A stretch of 60,529 nucleotides of DNA, counting the filler, from Squatina squatina (Eukaryota), in the NCBI GenBank assembly GCA_031763465.1. It is 3 parts of 3 records of this genome, joined end to end, with 100 filler letters (N's around TTAATTAATTAA, not from the genome) between each part and the next. Parts side by side here need not be neighbours in the genome. Positions count along the whole stretch, not along the records: positions 20,993 to 40,574 come from JARFOE010000038.1; positions 40,675 to 60,529 come from JARFOE010000004.1; 1 more part is not named here. The stretch is one strand, 5' to 3'. Positions 38,545 through 48,493 of this stretch are shown here, in pieces. Under the pieces are notes generated by a model. That model worked only from the letters and a program-made list of their open reading frames with translations. It had not been told where the DNA came from and ran no database searches. Numbering within the stretch: the first letter of the stretch is position 1; every line of letters starts with the position of its first letter. The position numbers and the translations under genes were made by a program.

Positions 38545-38935
38545 TCCCAAACTGCATTACAGCCAATTAAGTGCTTTTGAAGTGTAGTCACCGTAGCAAC
38601 CAATTTGCTCACAGCAAGCTCCCATAAACAGCACTGTGCTAGTGACCAGATAATCTGTTTTAGTGATGTTGGTTAAGGGATAAATATTGTCCAGGACACT
38701 GGGGAGAACTCCCCTGCTCTTCTTTGAAATAGTGCCGTAGGATCTATTTACATCCACCTGAGAGAACAGGCTTAACGTCTCATCTGAAAAACAGCACCTC
38801 CGACGATGCAGCAGTCCCTCAGTACTGGAATGGAGTGTCAGCCTAGATTTTGTGTTCAAGTCGTTCGAGCGGGACTTGAACTCCCAGCCTTTTGGATCAG
38901 AGGCAAGCGTGCTACCCACTGAACCACGGGAGACA
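38545..38935 (-). mobile_element. Near full-length tRNA/Deu-type SINE in a Pax intron
   Basis: Minus-strand head CGTGGTTCAGTGGGTAGCACGCTTGCCTCTGA..GAGTTCAAGTCCCG, followed by the conserved core. Confidence 0.85.
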
Positions 38936-39022
38936 CTATACCCCAGGAAGAGTCAGCACTTGTATAAAATACATTCTTGTTTGTAAAGCAGATGCTCTCA
39001 AGTGATGCGCCATTTAAGTTAC

Positions 39023-39188
39023 CTGTACTCGCTTGCCCTGGTACCGAGCTTCCCTGGTACCAGCCTGATCGCCCTCCCCAGCTCCCTGCCTGTACGTTCA
39101 GCATCCGTAGCTTGTCGTACATCCCATCAGCTCCCATTGGATGTTCCTCGGTGGCCAGGGTGCGCAAGGCTCCGCTTGCAGACAGAAC
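39023..39188 (-). CDS. pax10: Pax6-family gene (probably Pax10/Pax6.2), 166-nt exon (PAX6 exon 7 equivalent); possible start ATG at 39137
   Basis: [55 protein letters not shown]; acceptor TTTCTTTCAG, donor CAG|GTAAC; splices in frame to 36780. Confidence 0.8.
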
Positions 39189-39459
39189 CTGAAAGAAACC
39201 AGGAAAACAGTGCATTCTGAACACAACAAGCTGGAATCTAATTGAGGGGGTTTGCAGGGGTTTATATATCGAATAACAGATACCCGGGAGTGAGTTACAG
39301 GCTGGATTCTAACCGAGGGGTTCGGGGTGGGGGGGGGGGNNNNNNNNNNNNNNNNNNNNNNNNNNNNNNNNNNNNNNNNNNNNNNNNNNNNNNNNNNNNN
39401 NNNNNNNNNNNNNNNNNNNNNNNNNNNNNNNNNNNNNNNTATAGCAAGGTGCGTTATAG

Positions 39460-39590
39460 CGGGGTCACAGTGTAGTATCACTAAAGGTGACCGTGAAACT
39501 ACCGGATTGTCGGAAAAACCCAACTGGTTCACTAATGTCCTTTAGGGAAGGAAATCTGCCGTTCTTACCCGGTCTGGCCTATATGTAAGA
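39460..39590 (+). mobile_element. SINE fragment (second family)
   Basis: AAAAACCCAACTGGTTCACTAATGTCCTTTAGGGAAGGAAATCTGCC..GTCTGGCCTATATGT, recalled as a common elasmobranch SINE core. Confidence 0.55.
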
Positions 39591-40574
39591 GAAAAGGAGA
39601 AAGAGAAAACAGACCTTGGGTGAAAGAGACATGAGACCAAGAATGGAGGCAAGAGTGAAGAGGCTAAATTACAGAGGGACATGGCATACAAATAAGAAAG
39701 AATAAAACAAAAAAGAATGGGAAGGTAAGAAATGGGAAGAGAGAAATACGGAGCAGAGAACACTAGAAAGAAAAATAGAAAGCAAGGAAGAGGAAAGGAA
39801 GGAAAACAGAAAGGAAAGTAGAAAGAAAGAACAAGACAAAACTGCAGGGCAGTCCCCTTTAGTGGGCCAGGTACATTTTCAGACAAGTAACTATATAATT
39901 TATGTCCCGTTGACACATACAGATTCATTTCAGACAACGCACACTAGATTCTATCTGACAATCTCCCCATTTTCTCTGCATCTCTCCCTCTCTGGCACAG
40001 ACATCTCAATCCCTGCTCTAGGCCAGAGGCAGCGACACGCGCCCAAGCATGCTTGCAAAAGGGTTTTCGGCTGTGCGCAGCCAAGAAAAATCAAAAATTA
40101 AAACAATATAACTGCAGGCTGAGTCCAGCAGGCACAGATATTTTAATGAGCTCAACCACAATGTGACAAAAGACCACAGAATCTTTAAAGCGGTGACAGT
40201 GATTCAGGTTGGATTTCATGCTATGCAGTTGCAAAGTAATCGTATTAGTGAAAGAACCTTCTTTTGCTTTTTCATAAGGTAAATAATACAATGCACAAAT
40301 GCAAGGCTTTGTGCTTACTAAAACCTATATTGAAGCAGGAGAGTGGTGAATCTATATTCAGAACAATGTTTCAAAGCAGATTAAATAATAATACATCGTT
40401 AACTTTTAATAGAAAGACTTGCATTTATATAGTCCCTTTCACGACCTCAGGATGTCCCACAGAAACATAGAAGATAGGAGCAGGGGTAGGCCATTCAGCC
40501 CTTCGAGCCTGCTCCGCCATTCAATGAGATCATGGCTGATCTTCCAACTTCAGTACCCTGTTCCTGCTTTCTCC

Positions 40575-40674
40575 NNNNNNNNNNNNNNNNNNNNNNNNNN
40601 NNNNNNNNNNNNNNNNNNTTAATTAATTAANNNNNNNNNNNNNNNNNNNNNNNNNNNNNNNNNNNNNNNNNNNN
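40575..40674. other. Artificial assembly linker N44-TTAATTAATTAA-N44
   Basis: Same construct as 20893-20992. Confidence 0.95.
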
Positions 40675-42839
40675 CATAGCTGGCCCTGTGGTGTTGGTCT
40701 TGCGTGACTTCAGCATGCACAAAGCTCACTTGTACACTGGCCTTGGTGCTGAACCACCAGGACTGGAAAAATTAAACCTACTTTGGTTGGTGCTAGATTT
40801 CCACCTGCCTATTAACTGGGGCATTTGGTATTATGGGTAACATATTTTGGACCAGTGATCTGGAGATATTTTCAGGTAATTGATGGTATCACATGTCAGT
40901 GAGATGTAACATTATCTCATCCAGAAATATGTTTTGCTTTGAAGAAGAGCAATTATGTGGACCACTGCAGTTCATCCAGCCTGCCAGTCCTGCACTACCA
41001 TTAAACCCAACGGTATTAATAACAATAATCACTGCACACCCCTCACAGCAGAGATCACTGAATGTTCATCTCCCTCAGTGGCTTTACACAAAACGATCTT
41101 TGATAAAGTACAAAGGAATTCCACCAAATCTGGATTGTCATCTCTAATGACTTAGTCAGTAAATTTGCTGTATGATGTTAGGCACGCAAACCTGAAAGGA
41201 CCCAGGTTCAATCCTCCATGAATGTNNNNNNNNNNNNNNNNNNNNNNNNNNNNNNNNNNNNNNNNNNNNNNNNNNNNNNNNNNNNNNNNNNNNNNNNNNN
41301 NNNNNNNNNNNNNNNNNNNNNNNNNGTGCAGCCCGAGATTCACAGCTTGCGAGGTCCCCCCGGGCGCATGGGAACATCGTAAGCACCCGGGGGATTGCAA
41401 TTTCAGCCCCCATATCTTGTAAATCAATGAGTATATTTATCAGATTTTCCCTGTTGTCCATCTATAATGAATTCTTCTGATTGAACGTTTTCCAGTTATA
41501 TAGCAAACCCTTTGCTTTCAGTTTCTGTATAAACCATGATAATTTAGCTATTTTGCAGCAACCTCATTGTAGTTCCAGCTGAAGGCATTTTGATTATGAA
41601 GATCAGATTTTCAAATGCTTTGTGGTTTTAGCGTGTGATTATTCCAGTTTTTCTCACCTAATGCACATCCTTTCTTCCTCACACAAGTGTAGTGTGCACC
41701 TCAGAGTATGTCTTTCTTCAGATCTAAAGTAAATCCAGTTAACATCCATTAAAAATGTTCTTTAGTCGCATGCTCGGCATTGCCATATTAACAGGACTGC
41801 CGAATTGAGTTGCTTTCATTATAACTGTCTATCACTTCTAAACAGAATCTGCATGCAGTCTTTCACGCTTATCTTTCGCACCCATATTAAATGATTACTT
41901 ACATAGGCTGGAGTAACACAGGCTAAATTTAAATGACCTTGCTGGCAAGGCTGACATTATTTTAACATACTGTGATTCTTTTAGTGTTAATGGTATGAGT
42001 AACTGTAACTTCAATCAAATATTCCCAGTAATTCTACATTGTCCCTGGAAGCATCCATTTTACTGATATGAAAAATGGCCTCGAGGTGAATGAGTGTGAA
42101 GAAAACCTCCTTTCAGTCAAGCTGTGACACACATCGAGCATAATCAATCTAGCTCCACATGGAATATTTTGCATAATTGTTCGACTGTGTTGTGTAACAG
42201 GATGTGACAGGATTTAATGAACTGCAAGCATTCACAGAACATAACTTGCTATGAAGAGAATACCTGATGAGTAAGTGGCACTGCCATAATTAACTAAGAG
42301 AGCNNNNNNNNNNGTAGTTATTTTAAAACAATGGATTAGTGTAATAAATTGACAAATTTAACAAAAATGTAATGAAATATTCATTTAAAGGCCATGTCAT
42401 GAGCTGCATTTTTTTCGGCAAAACATTTTTCCCGATTTGGGTAATAACTTGTAATTATTCAAAACACAGCATAATGACCCTCATGTACATGCATTTTACA
42501 ATTTGTGTTTATGCTTTGTGTTATTGTTATACTTCATGTCTCATAAAATATTCAAATGATAGCCCTCTTAGAATTGTCCTTTAAAATCCTCACACATGCT
42601 ACCAATAAATGAATATCCGTGGTTATAGCAATGGTTAGTTACATCAATATAATTTTAAAAACAATTGCCAAGTTAATCATTAGTGATGCACAGTGGTGGT
42701 TGGGGTTTATTCTGATTCAAACAGGTTCTGAATGGGAGGGTAAGGTGGAAGTTGAGCAACTGGCACAAATTTCCATTTTATTGTTGCTGGTATGCTCCTC
42801 AAACCATCCTCTTCTGTTACTTCTAAGCTCCCAATATGC

Positions 42840-43010
42840 CCTTCAGATATGCCAAGTTCCTCTTCCTCCTTATCTCCTCATTGTGTTGAAATCAAGACCC
42901 ATTGCATAGCCTTATCCTTTGGCTCATTCTTTCACAGGACTTGTAAACTGTTGAACTCGTTTCATCTCTTAGTCTTCCCTTCCCCTCACAATCTATAATC
43001 ATCCAAAAAT
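42840..43010 (+). mobile_element. Degraded LINE 3' end; related copy at about 56015-56142 (-)
   Basis: CATTGTGTTGAAATCAAGA..CAGGACTT; SFFHRTCKLLNSF..VFPSPHNL resembles a LINE ORF2 C-terminus. Confidence 0.5.
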
Positions 43011-43727
43011 CCAAACCTAATANNNNNNNNNNNNNNNNNNNNNNNNNNNNNNNNNNNNNNNNNNNNNNNNNNNNNNNNNNNNNNNNNNNNNNNNNNNNNN
43101 NNNNNNNNNNNNNNNNNNNNNNCTGCTATCAAATGATTTATTTCTTCCTATTTTTCTGTCAATTATTTTTAAATATTAAATGATTGATGATTTTTGGCAA
43201 TGACTTGAAAATTTTATCAGACATGTATGGTATTGTGAAAATGAGTGACTATATTTGAGTTTGGAAGAAATGTTTCTGCACAATATCAAAATAATACAGT
43301 ATTGGATTAATTGCTTCACATAAACAATGTGATGTGTCATTAAATATCTAATGCTTTGTTTGTGCACCAGCATTAATTTAGAAATGTTAATAATTATTGA
43401 CATTGCAAGTTACAACTGGAATGATTAAATAAATCAAGGAATTAAGAGATTACACAGGCAATGAACAGCAATCTATGTAATTTACATAATTTTTATTATG
43501 CTTGCCAAGTTGCCATATTTCAGGATTTTGTGACCATTTTTTCCACAGAAAGGACTGGAAAATAAGGGTTATTTGTAATGTTGGTTTAAGGAATTTAGAT
43601 GCAAGGTGGTTAGTATGCTTATTGAAAGTTGTTTTCCCAAGAGACCAAACAATAAGCAATTTATGAGCTTGCCTGGGTAATCAAAGAACACCCCACACCT
43701 GCTGTATTGGAAAGCCGTGTGATTCCT

Positions 43728-44033
43728 GTTTGAAATGCTGGAGGATAGTTAGAAGACATCTTGTTTAAGTTAGGTAAGGTGACCCGCCAATATGAGGAAG
43801 TGTGGTGCATTCATTATTTTGTACCAATGAAAGAGAGATAAATAGAGAGACAAGCTGTTTGAAATTGACATACTGCTAGGGCCATAAGGTTTTGTAAAAG
43901 GGAAGCTATGAGGACATTCATCGAGGTGAAGCGTTTGAAATGCTGGAGGACAGTTAGAAGACATATTGTTTACGTTAGGCGAGGCGACCCACTGACATGA
44001 GGAAGTGTGGTGTATTCATTATTTTTGTACCAA
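43728..44033. repeat. Direct repeat, 2 x ~100 bp (43728-43827 and 43933-44033)
   Basis: GTTTGAAATGCTGGAGGA(T/C)AGTTAGAAGACAT..ATGAGGAAGTGTGGTG..TTCATTATTTT(T)GTACCAA occurs twice. Confidence 0.9.
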
Positions 44034-44705
44034 GGTAAGTTGCACTGATTGAACGAAGTGAATCAGGTCAGAACTGCTGCTCATTCACAGTAAAATAAAG
44101 CAGCTTAATGATGTGCATTGTCTCTTGTCTGAAGTACTTGCTTGGTCTGTTTTTGGAGAGTGAAGAAATGTGAAAGACATGAATATTGAGCCAGATCTCA
44201 TAAGGCTACTGTTGTCACACTCTTGGGTTATGCTACCACAGAGGTAGATGTTGGGTGATGTGAATCAACTCCAAAAAACATAAATGCTCAAATTGCTTAT
44301 GGGAGCAGCTTATGCGGTTGGACCCAAGAGAGTATCAGCGGTGGATCCAGAGTTACAACAGTGCTGCTAGAGAATATTTCTGAGTCAAATGTTGAAGAAT
44401 GTTTTATCCCTGATGCATGTTCTTTTTGGAGATTCTGCTAAATGTAAAATAAAGATGGCAGGGCATTACATGCCAAAATTAGAACTTGAAAACACACATC
44501 AAATGCTGAAATGAATTTACAAGAATTCTTCTTCTGCTCAACAATTTATCTTATCGAGAATGGCATACAGAATTTTAATGAGGAGTCATCCACATCTACT
44601 CATCANNNNNNNNNNNNNNNNNNNNNNNNNNNNNNNNNNNNNNNNNNNNNNNNNNNNNNNNNNNNNNNNNNNNNNNNNNNNNNNNNNNNNNNNNNNNNNN
44701 NNNNN

Positions 44706-45030
44706 CCTGTGAGTAGCCACAATATCTACCCGCTTCACCACTAGCGCAGTGTGGGAATGGTATGCTCTAGATGATGCATTGCAGCAACTCACCAGGATTC
44801 CTTCAAAAGCACCTCCTTCCCCTGCGACCTCTATTGCCGAGGGCAGGAGCACCAAGATCATGAGAACATCATCATCTCCAAATTCCCCTCCAACTCACAT
44901 CCCATCATTGATATCCTGGAATTCCCTACCAAACATCATTATGAAAGCACCATCACCGCAAGGACTGCAACAATTCAAGAAGAAGGTCCACCACCTTCTC
45001 AGGGAAATTGGGAATAGGTACGAAATGGAG
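44706..45030 (+). mobile_element. LINE (CR1-like) 3' end
   Basis: SWNSLP..PSPQGLQQFKKKVHHL; same family as 22845. Confidence 0.65.
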
Positions 45031-45850
45031 CCTTGATTTAACTAAGTGAGTCCGATCATTACTGGTGAATTATGTTCATATCTCGCAATATTCTCTTGGT
45101 GTACCCTCAAAAATCTTGGGAGGAGCACTCAGATCCAAAATCTACTTCAGATCATAAGGGGCTATTATTTTTATACCTCATGGATAATGCAATCATATAG
45201 TTAGATATTGGGCAATACAGGCACAACCCTAAACACAAGACACTCATACCGCTTACAGGAATGGCCAGCACCGCTGCACCCAAGAGAACATCTAAGGCAG
45301 GACCCAAATTTGTAGCACACAAACGGTCACACTCTGCAGCCCAGAAAAAGCAGTGAATGAGAGTGAACCTATTTGAATATATAAGATACGAAGTAGAATA
45401 GAAGCATCAATTTGGATCATTATTTGAACTTAAAACCATAACTATAACATAAGGGGACTTTGATACAATCTAGTAAAAGACAAGTTCAGGAGTGATGTCA
45501 GGAAGCACATCAAGCAACGTGTGGTTATTACCTGGAATAGTCACACTGGAGTATTTACTTGTATGAAATTTGTATGCATGTGTCATGTAGAAATAAATAG
45601 ACAATGCCACATGTACGAAAAAGAATAATTTAAAAAATGACAGGGGCATAACCACACACTAATATAATATATAATTTTTGTTAGAACAAGTAACAAATAC
45701 AGTCATAAATGTACAGCATGGTAAAGTGATTGCCCTACTTCTGTCAGCATATATACAGGGACTAAAAAGAATTGAAATGTGAACAAAGTACAATTGCTTT
45801 TGCAGAAAACTAAGAAATGCTGAAGTACTTTTAAAGAATGATGGTGATAC

Positions 45851-45892
45851 CTGAAGGACTGAATTGTATCAGTTCAAACTTAGTACTGTCAC
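45851..45892 (-). CDS. Candidate 42-nt exon, gene unidentified
   Basis: Acceptor TTTATTCTTTTCTTTCAG, open frame (G)DSTKFELIQFSPS, donor CAG|GTATCA. Confidence 0.3.
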
Positions 45893-46606
45893 CTGAAAGA
45901 AAAGAATAAAACCTCATCAGCAAAGTTTTAGTATTCACATAAATAAACGTACTTAGTTCAAAATTGCAGGATCATTATCTTTTTGTCTTCAAAAATACAA
46001 AAACTAACATAGTCAATTGCCCTATTTGTGCCGTACCTTGTGTTTATACAACTCATGGTCAGCATAGTTCAGTGAACTATTGCTATATCAAAACTCATAA
46101 TTTCATCACATATGCATGAAATTATCATGATGAAACTTATAAGTTTCTGTGTCCCTTGTTCTCCCTCCTAAGTGATAAAGATGGCACTGCCTCTGAAAGG
46201 TGTGGATATTTTGCCCCTGTAAAGTGCTGATTTTTTTTATAACCAGTGGGGAAAGGAGGGAGAAACTGATTACAGTACTTGCTTATAATACAGTAGTAAC
46301 AGATAATCTAGTTTCAAACTAGTTCTAAATGTGTAGAGGCAGATAGCTGGCAATAAATTTTTCCTTGACCTGATCTTTCCCAGTCACTGCTTGAGTCCCA
46401 AGTAATTTTTAATAGTCTAAAATTCTAAGTAACTCCATGTTTGGAGTAGATTATAAGTAATGGATGATTGGCCTGAGTTGAAATGAAAATTGAACAATTC
46501 CATTTAAAAAGTAATCTGGCTGCATCCTAAATTTCTTGCTCTTATTTGAGCTATTGCTGACAAACAAAAATTGTGTTCTGCAAAGTTGAGAGAATCCATT
46601 TAACAG

Positions 46607-46681
46607 AATTATCGCAATTTGACTTCTTTTGCTAGAGGTACCTGTGGCTTCACAGAAGAACGTATTCAGAAACAGAAAGAG
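46607..46681 (+). CDS. Candidate 75-nt phase-0 exon, gene unidentified
   Basis: TTTAACAG|NYRNLTSFARGTCGFTEERIQKQKE|GTTTGT; protein-like composition inside AT-rich sequence. Confidence 0.4.
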
Positions 46682-47829
46682 GTTTGTGTACAATCTTTTT
46701 ATTTAAATGTTTTTGCTTTGATCAAATATTCGACTAACTGCACCATTTATTTGTTGCTATCTTTCCACTACAAAAGTCCAACCGTGACGGTACTTTACGT
46801 TACTTGTAAATTTCTGAGCCTGGCTTAAATTGGCAGTTCACGCACCTCGTATTGCTTGGAAAAGCTAATATAAGGGAATACAATTTACTTTTTAATGTTT
46901 GAATGAATTAACACAAGTTGTGATCTAGTTGTTAGACAGTGATCTTTGGACTTTTTTTGAATTCTTGATTAATAACTTGCAGCCAAAATTGGAGGAACAT
47001 CTAAAGAGTATCTTTTTATTGTGTATTTCCTGCCCATCTCTACCTTTTTTGTGTTCCTCCTGCTGTTTTATTAAAGAACGTTTTTACATCTTGCGCTTTG
47101 AACTGCAATGGAAAAATAACAGAGAATGTCAACACTGGGGATGTAATTAAAGGAAGAGCTAAAGAAAGAAATCTAAAATGTATATTTTTTTAAAGTATGT
47201 TACTTCAGCTTTTAGGCTTCTTATTCATAAATTAATTGTTTCTTCTGTGGTGAGCCTCTTATTAAACCCGTTGCATAGATTTAAAATATGCAATGTGACC
47301 AATCTCATATTTAATTGAGATTTTCTGTAGGCTCATACTTTGGTCAAATATAACAAACTTTACCCTAAATTCTGGATTTGTTTGCTAATATTGAGCAGTT
47401 TACTACAGAGTAATTGCAGTTCATTTTGTGGGAACTGAATATCCGTTACCTTTGGAGTAATGTGCAGGTGTGAGAGATTTCAAATTGTGTTGTATTTGTT
47501 TTGTCGAATTCTTAAATGTGTTACTGTTCCACATTTTGAAATGTTAATCTTGTTATTATTTTCTTTTAGATGTATTTATGTACAAAGGTACCTCTATTTA
47601 GCTCAGAACAGCTAATTCCCAGCTGGATCTTGTTGGCTTATCACAAACAGAGTAAAGAAACCAGCTGTAGTTGGATTGCTAAAAATATTATGAAGGGGGA
47701 TCATTATTGTGTTGAATAGAATCCAACCAGGATGAATTAAAGAGATAAGCTGACTGTAATTTCCAACAATAATGAACTTAAAATCTTCTTCCAGTCCATA
47801 ATAGAGGCCCATTCTTCTTGAGAAGACTC

Positions 47830-48318
47830 AGAACCCGAAATTCATGCACGCCGCACTCCAAACGCTGCAGCGCACAGTAGAGTCCCAATTGCGTCTGGCA
47901 TTCCGATCGACCGGGGGTCACAAAATTAGTTTAGGTTTTTGAAAAATCCAGGCGTAGTGCTGGCGCAGGCACTGAGAGCTGCAATGAGGTGCTTGAGGGG
48001 CGCTCTTTTGAATTTTGCCACCAGTTTCATGTGACACATGTCTGTTAAGCAATTATATTGCCACTGCTTGGGTGCTTACAGTTCCACAGCTCACTGTGCA
48101 CACTGCGGAATTTTTTGAAAAAGTATTCCTGAAAAGATGTCTCAAGTGACTAGAAGGAGTCATCGATTCACAGATGCAGGCGGCTCTTGGCACCTTGGTG
48201 GCGGCCATGGAGAGCAGGAGGGTACATCTGTACCCTCCATCGGGAAGATGACCAGCGCCATCAGTTTACAGGATGCTGAGGCAGGCCATAGCCACTGAGG
48301 TGTCTTCCTCAGATGTGG
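47830..48318 (+). mobile_element. Harbinger-like element, left part with decayed Myb head
   Basis: At about 48137-48305: MSQVTRRSHRFTDA/ALGTLVAAMESRRVHLYPPSGR*PAPSVYRMLRQAIATEVS; truncated by a CR1 tail. Confidence 0.6.
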
Positions 48319-48319
48319 A

Positions 48320-48493
48320 CCATAGAAACATAGAAGCATAGAAAATAGGAGCAGGAAAAGGCCATTCGGCTCTTCGAGCCTGCTCCGCCATTCAATATAA
48401 TCATGGCTGACCATCTAAATTCAGTATCCTGTTCCCACTTTCTCCCCATATCCCTTGATCCCTTTAGCCCTAAGAACTATGTCTAACTCCCTC
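48320..48493 (-). mobile_element. CR1-type LINE 3' tail
   Basis: CATAGAAACATAGAAGCATAGAAAATAGGAGCAGG..CTTCGAGCCTGCTCCGCCATTCAAT. Confidence 0.85.
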
